From positions 1 through 44,850 of the forward strand of contig JAUPLE010000104.1 in NCBI GenBank assembly GCA_030837085.1: DNA of 44,850 nucleotides. The letters run 5' to 3'. This stretch comes from Acidobacteriota bacterium. GTDB lineage: Bacteria; Acidobacteriota; Aminicenantia; UBA2199. Of this stretch, positions 13,001 through 19,800 are shown in pieces. Within the stretch, counting starts at the first letter, position 1; each line of letters begins with the position of its first letter. The translations under genes and the position numbers were made by a program. The notes beneath the pieces are model-generated. The model saw only the letters and a list, made by a program, of their open reading frames with translations, was not told the origin of the DNA and did no database searches.

Positions 13001-14319
13001 GCAACCATAACACCTTTTGGTTTTCCCGTAGAACCGGAAGTATACATGATATAGGCCAAATCGTGACTGTCGCATCTCTTTATAATACTCTTTTCTTCCC
13101 GTGATCGAACCTGGTAGATTTTACTTTCATCCAGGTTGACAACAGTAGCAACAGGAAAATCAGTCAACGATTCTTGACGATTGGTTAATAGTACTCTTGC
13201 GTTGCAATCTAAAAGGATTAATCGCTTTCTTTCCAAAGGGTAATCAATATTTATGGGCACATAAACGCCGCCCACTTTCAAAATTCCCAGGATAGCCACT
13301 ATCACTTTACTCGAATTCTCCGCCATTATAATAACGGGATCCCCAAATTTTACCCCTATAAAATGAAGATACGTTGCTAATGCATTAGCATCTCTATTTA
13401 ATCGGCTGTAGGTTACCGTTTCTCCTTCATAGGTAAGCGCCGTTTCATTCGGTTTCAGATTTACCTGTTGGCTGAATATTTCATCGATGGTTTTTTCGGC
13501 AGGGTAGTTGGTACGGGTGTTATTAAAATCCTCCAGTAATTGTTTTTTTTCGTCTTCCGATAGTATGTCAATCGCTGATATCGGAATATCAAGATTAAAA
13601 GTTGCGTTTTCCAATAGAAGCTGAAAATGCCGGATAATCGCCTGGATTGTATGCTTCTCATAGAGCCATGGATTATACTCAACTTTTCCTGCCATATCAC
13701 CTCCAGTGCGCAAAAAAGAAAAAATCATATTGGGCTGGATGGGCAAGATATACTTCCTGTCATGAATATTTTCCAATAAAAGGACCAGGTCGAAAAGCGG
13801 AAACCCTTCTCGGTCCAATGGCATATTCAATTGGAATATCAGGGTTTCAAGGGGATAATTTTGGTGCTGGCTGGCTTCTACGATAGTCTGCCTTACCCGG
13901 TTTAGCAGTAATTCCTTAAAGGTGATATCTCCATCCACTTGATTTCTTAAAGCCAGGATAGTATTGACGAATTTACTCTCACCTTGCTGTTTGAAAATAG
14001 GAGAGCCAATAATAATATCAGTGTTCCCGGTATAACGATAAAGCAGTGCCACCAAGCCAGTCGTTAAGGTTATATAAATCCGATGATCCATTCCTTTGCT
14101 CAATTCCATAACCTGTGCCCCCAGGCGGTGGGAAAATTCAAACTCCACGGTATCCAGATTTTCATTTTCCTGCAACTTTGAAGTTGATTTCGGATAATCG
14201 TAAGGAAAGAAAGTCTTTTGCAAATTACCGGTAAATTTATCTAGCCAATATTTCCCTTCTTTCTCATATTGAACAGCAGCAATGGCTGCTTTCCCTGGAA
14301 TATTTCTCTGGAGTGCCAT
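1045..14319 (-). CDS. Terminal NRPS, 4424 aa: half C-A(Val)-T-C-A(Val)-T-C-A(?)-T-C-A(?)-T-TE
   Basis: Four TSGSTG/YGPTE/TGD/NGK sets, four GGHSL carrier motifs, three HHxxxDG motifs, TE GWSLG with a C-terminal His. Codes by eye: A1/A2 DAFWLGGTFK (Val type), A3/A4 DWWHFGMIIK. The N-terminus has only the C-terminal lobe of a C domain. Confidence 0.96.
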   Translation of the reverse strand: MALQRNIPGKAAIAAVQYEKEGKYWLDKFTGNLQKTFFPYDYPKSTSKLQENENLDTVEFEFSHRLGAQVMELSKGMDHRIYITLTTGLVALLYRYTGNTDIIIGSPIFKQQGESKFVNTILALRNQVDGDITFKELLLNRVRQTIVEASQHQNYPLETLIFQLNMPLDREGFPLFDLVLLLENIHDRKYILPIQPNMIFSFLRTGGDMAGKVEYNPWLYEKHTIQAIIRHFQLLLENATFNLDIPISAIDILSEDEKKQLLEDFNNTRTNYPAEKTIDEIFSQQVNLKPNETALTYEGETVTYSRLNRDANALATYLHFIGVKFGDPVIIMAENSSKVIVAILGILKVGGVYVPINIDYPLERKRLILLDCNARVLLTNRQESLTDFPVATVVNLDESKIYQVRSREEKSIIKRCDSHDLAYIMYTSGSTGKPKGVMVAHKSVVRLVKNNTFIRFEDADSILQTGALEFDASTFEIWGALLNGLTLHLVDRDTILNFGKLKQAVIRFKVTIMWMTAPFFNQVLDTDIEVFKGLKNLLVGGDVLSPAHINRLRKQFSKLNIINGYGPTENTTFSTTFRIDREYHENIPIGRPISNSLAYILGSHYQLTPIGAVGELFVGGDGLSRGYLNNPELTAEKFIFNRSDRSQKTYILYKTGDLARWLPDGNIEFLGRVDSQVKIRGYRVEPGEIENRLLQTGFLKDAVVLVKKNRIGEKYLCAYVVPVEPLFETATLKKSLAQQLPDYMVPAYFVQLNRIPLTINGKIDRQSLPEPGIEIGSGYIAPRNNVENRMVRIWAEVLGRDAGHISQLEHSIGIEDNFFELGGHSLKATILISKLHKAFNVNIPLAELFSIPTIRELSNYILQSSEDPFASIQLAEKKEYYCLSSAQKRLYILQQMSLTSSAYNVPLAVEIDGQLEVDILEGIFSQLLARHESLRTSFHLLEEEPIQKIHDQVDFNSDYFDLSILPSSSAELFSMPDICDRLMRPFDLSAAPLLRVMVIKPVKERHILLVNMHHIVTDGTSMGLFIREAISLYGGERLPILKFQYKDYAEWQISETIKKTVAKQEKYWLMQFNGEVPVLNLPFDYPRPEVQSFEGNSLLFDLSTESTIELNLLAQQIGSTLYMALLSIYSILLTKLSGQEDIIVGTPIAARRHADLEKIIGMFVNTLALRNYPEGHKGFVDFLLEVKEKTLEAYENQEYQFEDLVEKVLLKRDASRNPIFDTMLTLQNFDTRSSEIPQAETSRLKIKPYEIESEVAKFDLSLTCTQVEEKIVCSFNYCTKLFKKETIQRFAQYFKQVVSTIIENKNKKISELEIITGKEKLQLLYEFNDTMRDFPGKKTICQLFEEQVGRVPYRIALCASHMSHVTYIELDNKSCYLAGWLIQKGVKPDSIVGIVTERSIEIIIGILGILKSGGAYLPIDPEYPQERVDYMLKDSGVKLLVSANDKEGEKLSVRRWEGKKVLLEAIHKSPKISSYSLTFLPSYLQIPSNLAYLIYTSGSTGRPKAVMVEHRNVVRLVKNTNYVEFRENDRLLQTGALEFDASTFEIWGSLLNGMTLCIAAKDEILNPERLKENIRKLDIATMWLTSPLFNQLSGMDVEIFVGIKNLLVGGDVLSPVHINRVKKRFPHLNIINGYGPTENTTFSTTFLIDEEYLQRIPIGKPIFNSTAYVVDKYGFLVPVGVSGELLVGGAGVSRGYLNNPELTVERFKRDAISQSSLVISSNNNFSNDQCQMTKDRFYKTGDLARWLSDGPPAGGTTKGIIEYLGRIDEQVKIRGFRIECGEIENRLIKYSQVKEAVVLVKEDENKGKYLIAYYVANSAGDDIPTAELKQYLAQHLPDYMVPSYFIQIERIPLNPNGKIDRKALPEPLVTTGSVHTAPKNEIEAKLVKIWSGILGIQEHLLGVDTNFFEVGGHSLKATVVVSNIHKVLGVKIPLMEIFKNPTIRELAVRIHVVKGDKYTSLEPVEKKEYYVLSPAQTRLYILQQMELESTVYNMPQAFHLFGKLDEAKLATAFKKLIKRHESLRTFFPMIESEPVQRINDEAEFEIETLEVRNPGLGDIRGDVTLSTRLSDFIKNFIRPFDLTKTPLLRVGLVKEAETEHVLVVDMHHIISDGVSNGILIRDFLILYNGDEPKPVRIQYKDFSEWQNSEKKKEEIARQGAYWLKVFTGEVPVLNIFTDYPRPSVQSFVGRSFGFALPMDVTGTLKRIAASKGATLYMTLLALYNVLLAKLTNQEDIIIGTPIAGRRHADLEKTIGMFVNTLALRNYPGGNKKFGEFLTEVGERTLEAFENQEYQFEDLVEMVSVNRDASRNPIFDTMFTFQNLESRNRDSETPQVGTSQLKVKPYEIESEVAKFDLILGCTEVEQQLVCSFNYCIKLFKKETIQRFAQYFNQVVLTVIENINKKISEVEIISVEEKQQLLYEFNDPTRCFPEEKNICQLFEEQVARTPDGIALFVYMSYRSYGAYITYSELNKKSGHLAHLLIRKGVQSGDIVGLLVERSFEMITGILGIWKAGCAYAPLNPKAPVARNEYMLAECGARFLLTSSNLRRNFEYLMVLDFEHLNLGIVSCFEFRASNLNPSNLAYIIFTSGSTGNPKGVLITHANLSPLLHWGYHNLGIGIHDRTLQNLSYYFDWSVWEIFITLTTGASLYISPEGMLLDAVAGVDFINRHGATILHATPTQYQYFVKAVNIPVTLKYLFIGAEKLSYDLVERSFASVSNGCRVFNMYGPTEATIISAVLEIHRESLAQFKSLTSIPIGKSAGNTIHLILDKYNNLCPVNIAGELYIGGDGVSMGYLNNPELTADKFYRSYKSYKTYIFYKTGDLARWLSDGPPAGGATKGIIEYLGRIDEQVKIRGFRIELGEIENRLLHYPGIKEAVILVKEDENKDKYLIAYFVAKVTGNEVLTTELKQYLAQHLPDYMVPAYFIQIERIPLNPNGKIDRKALPEPIVTAVGAHTAPQNEIEAKLLEIWSGILGIQKDQLGVDTNFFDIGGHSLKATIMAARVHKTFNVKTPVIEIFKNPTIRELSAFIQGVRQEKYLSIEPVEKKDYYVLSSAQKRLYILQQMELESVAYNMPQVFHLSGALDSKKLKVTFGKLIQRHDSLRTSFHMLGRDPVQKVLEEVEFKIECYDLAAKNAKEREVEKLHHSSFVNTPNHFIRAFDLSRAPLLRVGLVKEAETEHVLAVDMHHIISDGVSNGILIRDFFALYNGDHLEPVRIQYKDFSEWQYSEKERIKKQEAYWLNVFEGEVPALNIFTDYPRPVVQSFEGRSFGFTIPSDATAALKGIVAARGVTLYMLLLAVYNILLARLTGQEDIVIGTPIAGRRHADLEKTIGMFVNTLALRNYPEGHMEFVDFLSELKISTLDAFENQEYQFEDLVEKVLLNRDVSRNPIFDTMFSLQNLETQGKENARVETSQLKIIPYEIETGIAKFDLILTCTEVEEKLVCSFTYCTKLFKEETMRRFAAYFKQVVSVIIGNAHQKIAAVEIITEEKKLQLLYEFNGTTLYFPEDKNICRLFEEQVARTPDGIVLFEYMSYRSYGSYITYSELNKKSGHLAHLLIRKDVQSGDIVGLLVERSLEMLAGILGIWKAGCAYMPINPRNPGERSDFMLIDSGAKILVTASNKEGEKLSVGRWEGEKLFFEDISESPNNSSYPLTFLPSYLLSSSNLAYVIYTSGSTGNPKGVLITHANLSPLLHWGYHNLGIGIHDRTLQNLSYYFDWSVWEIFITLTSGASLCMVSEEVLMDAAASVDFMNRHGVTILHVTPTQYQYIVKAPTIPITLKSLFIGAEKLTYDLVERSFASVSSGCRVFNMYGPTEATIISAVLEIERESLTQFVSLGSIPIGESAGNTVHLILDKYNNVCPVNIAGELYIGGDGVSMGYLNNPELTNQKFLEVSEPFFKKVLTRRRQRFYRTGDLARWLSDGPPVGGTTKGIIEYLGRIDEQVKIRGFRIELGEIENRLLHYPGIKDAVVLVKEDEHKDKYLIAYFVASADKKEVSASDLRQYLLQQLPDYMIPTYFMSIEKIPLNPNGKIDRKTLPDPVVNAGIKEEFTVPRNEIERKLSELWSEILGQPSIGIDANFFEIGGHSLKATAMTARVYEMFKVKVPLAEVFIRPSIRHLAEYIAGMEKEAHGIADPYVVLLRKGSSEVHHLFLVHDGSGEVEGYLEFCQQFPVDVDLNIWGLRTDVINRENCGPRNITIEKLAEDYIEKIKKVQPKGPYRIVGWSLGGTIAFEMVLQLERLGEAVSFLGLLDAPGPQGDWKEQAFAFTPQSEKELFLEYWQGDNRIHEEVNNRTDMNEIWSSIVNFWEENHYSVDIIKAMIPDYLAQIIPNYQRLGARDLIYYLNIGRTLTNARLDYIPSRKIITELHYFKANQSPRVFLNSWNDYCANPVKTYEISGTHFSILKSPAVIQTWQLFVRALSQE
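2534..2548. repeat. C6-N3-G6 mini hairpin in the in-frame PPxGG insert (also 5813-5827 and 9056-9070)
   Basis: CCCCCC ACC GGGGGG here and CCCCCC GCC GGGGGG at the other two sites. Confidence 0.75.
2595..2649. repeat. 55-bp palindromic element, copy 1, in frame in NRPS module 4
   Basis: GCCTCCGGCGG + arm GTCAGAACCTTTTT + GA + arm AAAAAGGTTCCGAC + ACCTCCAAAAACTT. Confidence 0.88.
3333..3447. repeat. Pair of inverted 8-bp arrays, in frame, module 4
   Basis: (GARGGTAA)x4 at 3333-3364 and TTCYCACC-type units at 3407-3447. Confidence 0.85.
3685..3722. repeat. 9-bp tandem array (ATAGGACCT family), in frame
   Basis: ATAGGTAAT ATAGGACCC ATAAGACCT ATAGGACAT; encodes YMSYRSYGSYITY. Confidence 0.8.
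4870..4922. repeat. Composite in-frame insert in a C domain: GAATGAT x2 plus CTTCGCG x3
   Basis: GAATGAT GAATGAT GAA at 4870-4886 and CTTCGCGTTC CTTCGCGTT CTTCGCGG at 4896-4922. Confidence 0.8.
5872..5901. repeat. 9-bp tandem array (ATAGGACCT family), in frame
   Basis: ATATGTCTT ATAGGACTT ATAGGACCT ATA; encodes YRSYKSYKTY. Confidence 0.85.
6590..6620. repeat. 14-bp direct repeat, in frame, module 3
   Basis: AAATTCGAAGCACG x2 + AAA; encodes part of VSCFEFRASNL. Confidence 0.85.
6925..6953. repeat. 9-bp tandem array (ATAGGACCT family), in frame
   Basis: ATAGGCCCC ATAGGACCT ATAGGACAT; encodes YMSYRSYGAY. Confidence 0.8.
9115..9189. repeat. Pair of inverted 7-bp arrays, in frame, module 2
   Basis: GTCTTTT GTCATTT GACATTG GTCATTG ... 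TAATGAC CAATGAC GATTGAC TAATGGC. Confidence 0.8.
9867..9981. repeat. Pair of inverted 8-bp arrays, in frame, module 2
   Basis: GAAGGTAA GAGGGTAA GAACGTAA GAGAGTAA and TTCTTACC TTCCCACC TTCTCACG...TTCTCACC; same 115-bp span as 3333-3447. Confidence 0.85.
12370..12399. repeat. 9-bp tandem array (ATAGGACCT family), in frame
   Basis: ATAGGTCTT TTGGGACCT ATCGGACCT ATT; encodes NRSDRSQKTY. Confidence 0.78.
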
Positions 14320-14499
14320 AGATTTTCCTCTTACTTTTCCCTCAATTTTTTTTCTTATTATATTTTGAAGTCCTGTAGGTTACAAATTGGCGAAAGCCGA
14401 TACGAAGATGAACAAATAGGCAATCTACCGAGTATCAAAACGAGTAGCTTTGAAACTCCGGTCAAAGGGCAATGCAATAAAAATAAAGATAATTCGGAA

Positions 14500-16719
14500 T
14501 TAAAAACGCCACAGGTAACTGGCTTTTAAGAAAAAACCACGCTTAATATTTAGGAGGTCACCCCGCCCATATATCCATTGATTATCCGACCAATCCCTGT
14601 GTTCATAAAGTCCACCGTAACCCACATGGAGCACTGTACCGGGAATTAAAGTGAAAGATGCCAGGAAGTCGGTCAGCAATCGTTTATAATAACTATTGTA
14701 TTGCAGCACTGCCCTGAGAAAGAAATACTTATTAAACTGATAAGTGGTGCGAGAATAATAAATATCGACTTCATATACTTTTTTCTTATCCTTGGAAAAA
14801 TCGGAATAATAGAAATCGAATTCCTGGTTGAGATTTTCATTTGGTTGAAGAATTACTGTAAGCGATCCATCATACCCTTTCCCTTTATATGAAGGTTCTG
14901 CTTCATATAAAATTTTATCTCCATAATTAAGCGTTCCATTTATAGTGAGCCATTTAGTGAATTGAATACCTCCACTGATATATAGCTGGTCCAACCTAAA
15001 AGTTTGGTACTGCCAACTCTCTTTGAGTGTCAAATAATGAAGACCGAGTGTACCCTGTTTAATAAAACTAAAATTCATGCCTATATCTAAAGTGCTATCA
15101 TCCATATTGGTGGTCAGGTCATGTAGATATTGGAATACAATCTTTGGACTGACTATCTTCAGCCAGGAGCGTGATTTCCGCTTCGGATAAATATTATAAG
15201 CAAGAGTTCCATAGCCTTCATTGATGCCGATTCGCTTTAGATAAGCACTATCCATTCTAAAGTTCTTACCGATATGTTCAAAGGCGCCCTGAATTTCCAG
15301 GGGGCGTGTCACGTATGAATACTGAATATTAAAATCAGTGCCGCTGGTGTCCCCTAAGAGAGCAGTATTGGAAAAACTCTGAAGAAGCGAGAAACGTAAT
15401 TTTTGATCTTTAGAAGTCCTATAGGCGAAATCTGCCCCGATCACACGATTATATTCCCCGGCAAATTCACGTCCACTGTAGAGTATACCAACATAGTTGT
15501 CCTGACCAAGACTGTATTTCCCCCTGGCAATACCAAAAAAAGCCTGTTTACCTTCATTCGGATTTACCCCCGAGTCCCAGGTCTGACCTGGCCATTCATC
15601 TCCGGCAGCAAGGAACCCGAAAGAGCTCTTCCCTAAAGATCCGGTTATTTTTGCACCCCAAAAAGGATCCATAATTCGCCTGGTATATACCGGATTAGGT
15701 AAGAAACCGGAGGCCAGGGTAAAAAAGCCAAAAATATCAGACCCTTCCATGAAAAAAGGACGTTTTTCTCTATAAAACAGAGGATAACGACGGTTGACAT
15801 TTATCTGGAAGGCATCGCTTTCCACCTGGCTAAAATCCGGATTGATAGTAATTTCTGATGTTATTGAAGAAGTTAATCCGTACTTCACGCCAAGACTGAA
15901 TTCTGTAAAATCGTCTCTTTTTTGCCATTCCTGGGGACTTTTCCGCTGTTGATTATTACCGACGACTACACATGGCAATAACTCAAGTTTTAGCGGTGTT
16001 TTGAGATTGTGATAGATAATTGGTGTATATGTATTAAATAATCCCTGCCCCGGTTTAACTGAAGGCCAGGCACCAATGATTCCCAGGCGACTGATTTTTC
16101 TAACAAACATTATCCCCATCTTCACCTTTTTAGTTCCCTGAAAACTAATACTACTCAACGGTACAGCCATCTCAATCGTATATCCATCTTCAGTTAATTG
16201 GCCGGCACTTTCCCAAACGAAATCCGGGGCGCCATCGGTCCCTCTCACCGCTGATTCCAGGAAATCTTCCTGGATACCATTGGGATTGACAAAGAAAGTA
16301 TATGCTGTCTGCCTGGCTCCCATTGCATCCAGGGAGATACCTGTCCAGTCGCCGCTAAATATATCATCTCTTTTACAAATGGATGTTTTGACTTTTTTGG
16401 GATCCGGATCAAAACATTTAAAGGCAAAAAAGAGATTTTCACTGTCATAAGCAATCCAAATATGGGTTTTAAAGGGCAAGACTTCGCCATACAGGGGAAT
16501 GTGTGTAATAAAATCTTCCTGCAGTGGTTCAAATTTCCACGCTTCATCATCAAGAATTCCGTCGATTTTAGGTTTTATCGTAACCTTTGAAGGGTTTAGT
16601 AATTGCTCTTCTTTCTGGTTCGCAACGGAAGCCGCCCACATTTTGAATGACCATGAATCAGACAAAAACACAACTTCAACCATTACAAACGTGATAACAA
16701 ACAAAATTAATTTCTTCAT
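14500..16719 (-). CDS. Secreted/outer-membrane protein, CBM9-like N-terminal domain plus DUF5916-like beta-barrel
   Basis: Signal-peptide-like N-terminus; PKIDGILDDEAW, YDSENL, TINPDFSQVESD and EKRPFFMEG motifs; C-terminal YLWRF beta-barrel signature. Confidence 0.8.
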   Translation of the reverse strand: MKKLILFVITFVMVEVVFLSDSWSFKMWAASVANQKEEQLLNPSKVTIKPKIDGILDDEAWKFEPLQEDFITHIPLYGEVLPFKTHIWIAYDSENLFFAFKCFDPDPKKVKTSICKRDDIFSGDWTGISLDAMGARQTAYTFFVNPNGIQEDFLESAVRGTDGAPDFVWESAGQLTEDGYTIEMAVPLSSISFQGTKKVKMGIMFVRKISRLGIIGAWPSVKPGQGLFNTYTPIIYHNLKTPLKLELLPCVVVGNNQQRKSPQEWQKRDDFTEFSLGVKYGLTSSITSEITINPDFSQVESDAFQINVNRRYPLFYREKRPFFMEGSDIFGFFTLASGFLPNPVYTRRIMDPFWGAKITGSLGKSSFGFLAAGDEWPGQTWDSGVNPNEGKQAFFGIARGKYSLGQDNYVGILYSGREFAGEYNRVIGADFAYRTSKDQKLRFSLLQSFSNTALLGDTSGTDFNIQYSYVTRPLEIQGAFEHIGKNFRMDSAYLKRIGINEGYGTLAYNIYPKRKSRSWLKIVSPKIVFQYLHDLTTNMDDSTLDIGMNFSFIKQGTLGLHYLTLKESWQYQTFRLDQLYISGGIQFTKWLTINGTLNYGDKILYEAEPSYKGKGYDGSLTVILQPNENLNQEFDFYYSDFSKDKKKVYEVDIYYSRTTYQFNKYFFLRAVLQYNSYYKRLLTDFLASFTLIPGTVLHVGYGGLYEHRDWSDNQWIYGRGDLLNIKRGFFLKASYLWRF

Positions 16720-16809
16720 TTTGCTACTCCTAATCCTGGTAATTTTAATCTTAATATTTTATCATATTTAATTTTTTTTTACCACCCTTTACATCACAAG
16801 CCCTATTTA

Positions 16810-19800
16810 TCAGAGTTCCCAGGTATTCGCGTCCTCTTCTATAATAGCTGATGATGAAGTGGATAAACGTAGGTCTAATACAATTTCTCTCAATTTTATC
16901 ACCGGTTTTTCCACTACCTGCTCTAAAATATCCAAATAAAACTTTGCAATGTCTTCAATAGTCGATATATTAAAAAGATCAGTAGAATATTGCAGGCGCA
17001 TTTGGATTGAATCAGGTTCATCGGCAGCATAAAGCAATAAATCAAAGTGAGTGATATTAAAACCGGTAAAACCTGAAGATTGTTGACTGATTCTTCGTTT
17101 GCGATCTTCCTCGTTTTCAAGGTCGTTCCCAAAAGCAAAAACTGCATCTACCAGGGGATGCCGCCCCTGTTCCCTTGGCAGATCGAGTTTGTTTACCAAT
17201 TCTTCAAAAGGGTATCCCTGATTCTCATACGCTTTTACTGCTTTTTCTTTGACTTCTTGTAAATATTGAGAAAAGGATTTATCCAGGCCTGGGTTGGTTT
17301 TTATAGGCAGCATATTGACAAAGAAGCCTACAATATTTTCCAGGTCCGTATGGGGCCTCACTGCAGCAACAGTCCCAACCACCAATTCTTCTTGGCCCCC
17401 CAATCTTGCCAGCAACAGTTTGTAAATCGAAAATAAAAACATCATCAACGTAACTTCCAATTTACCGGCCAGTTCTCTTACTTTTGAATTCAACGCACCG
17501 TCAACAGAAAAAGAGATTGAATCTCCCTCAAAACTGAGAACTTTTCCTCTATCATAATCAAGCGGAAGATTCAGTAATGGAATTCTACCTTGATATTCCT
17601 TTAACCAATATTCTTCCTGCAGCCTGACGGATTTTAATTGCGCCTCACTATTCTGCCATTCGGCATAATCTTTATATTGGATTCGTAATGGGGGCAAATC
17701 CCGGCCCTCCATCAAGGTAAAAAATTCCCGCCGCAAAATAATTTGCGAAATCAAGTCAGATATTATATGATGCATATCTATCATCAAAAAATATTTATGC
17801 TCCCCTACAGTTATCAACCCTAAACGGATAAGCGGTGCTTGCGAAAGCTTAAATGGCCTAACAAACTTCCTGAAAATACTTTCTATGCTCTTCAATACCT
17901 GCGCTTCATTATCACCCTCTTCTAAATGAAAGTATTCGAGTTTAAAATCCACTTGCTGTGTTTCATGGATTCTCTGTACCGGTTTTTCATCGATAATTTC
18001 AAAGGATGTTCGGAAACTTTCATGGCGATCTAATATTCGCGGGATCACCTGTTCCAGTTTTTTTTCATTTATACCTGTTACCAGTTCCAGGGAAACCACC
18101 TGGGGTACATTATATACGGTGCTCTCCAGCTCCATTTGTTGTAAGATAAATAATCGTTTTTGTGCTGAGGACAGGACGTAATACTCTTTTTTTTCTACAG
18201 GCTCCAATGATACATAGCGATATTCATTAGTACCAATCAATCCTTTTATAAGCTGTCCCAGTTCTCTAATGGTCGGTGCGCTAAATAAATGTTCCATTGA
18301 TAACTTTAGATTAAATTCCTTTTGTATCTTAGCGGCCTGTACAGAGACTTTTATTGAATGCCCCCCCAACTGGAAGAAGTTGTGATCGATACCAATATCG
18401 CGTTTTTCAATTTCTAATACCTGGGACCATATTCGGGCCAGCTTCTCCTCTATTTCATCACGGGGCGAAATGAATCCCCCGCGTATTTCAGGTACTGGTA
18501 AAGCGTTCCTATTGATTTTCCCGTTTGGAGTTAATGGTATCTTTTCTATTGAAATAAAATATGAGGGGATCATGTATGCGGGTAATTTTGTACTTAAAAA
18601 TGTTTTTAAGTCAACTTCATGAAGCTTTTCCCTGGAGATAATATATGCGCATAAATATTTCCCGGAATTACTTGCCCCGCGAATTACAGATTCATCCCTT
18701 GTAATAACCACTGTTTCTTTAATTTTCTCATGCTTCAGTAGTTGAGCTTCTATTTCCCCTAACTCAAACCGGTATCCTCTTATTTTTACCTGGTGATCTA
18801 CCCTACCTAAAAACTCGATATTACCGTCTTCCAACCACCTGGCCAAGTCACCGGTTTTATATAATTTTGAATGATGAATGATGGATGAATGATAAAAATT
18901 GCTAAATTTTTCAGCGGTTAAGAGCGGATTATTTAGATAACCCCTGGTTATCCCGGCGCCAGCAATATGCATTTCACCGGTGACTCCAATGGGTACAATT
19001 TTTTGAGAAGAGTTCAGTATATATACCCCAACATTGGAGATGGGTTTCCCTATAATACTTGTATTTCCCGGGCTTAAAGCGGTATTGGCTGCGGCAGTTA
19101 CAGTACCTTCAGTGGGACCATATTCATTAACATGAACCAAATTGGCATTCAATTCACGGCTTTTAATTAATAGGTTCCCCCACGTTCTTTCCCCGGCCAA
19201 CACCACGAAACGGAAAGTTACAAGGTTACCCGTCTCTGCTGCGTCCAGCATTGCATCATACATTCCTGGCACCAGGCTGATATTGGTAACACACCTCAAT
19301 TTAATAACTTTATTTATGTATTTGTAATCTAACCTCTTGGATTCGGGAATATACAAAAGCATCCCACCTGAACATAAGCTGGAATAAAAATTGGATCCAA
19401 AACCGTCAAAACAATAAGAAAGTAACTGGAGTGTGACATCCCTGATCGTATAATGATATGTTTTAAGTCTCCAGTATATATAGTTGACAAGCCCCCGATG
19501 TTCTATGAGAGAACCTTTAGGTTTACCGGTGGTTCCCGATGTATAAATAATATAAGCGAGGTTACTCGGGGTGCAAGTTGTACCAGGTACATCATGGTTA
19601 TCATTCTCCCCAGCATACCCTGATAAATCGATATTGCATAGTGAAATAGTTTCCATGGATTTACCAGAGAAAACTCCATGGGGATATCCCCGAAATGGCA
19701 CATCGGTTAATAATATTTTTATATTGCTATCCGAGATGATGTAATTTTTCCGCTCTTCCGGGTAATCCGGGTCTAAGGGTAGGTAGGCGCCTCCCGCCTT

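Noticed and set aside
13560-14319. Half C domain as a sign of frameshift or pseudogene
   Set aside because: There is a good RBS and ATG, the upstream NRPS supplies a complete terminal C, and the arrangement has precedent in iturin-family synthetases.
14375-14410. GGCGAAAGCCGATAC as a hammerhead stem II, and GGTTACAA as a twister fragment
   Set aside because: The CUGAUGA core and GAAA are missing, and the other twister elements are absent.
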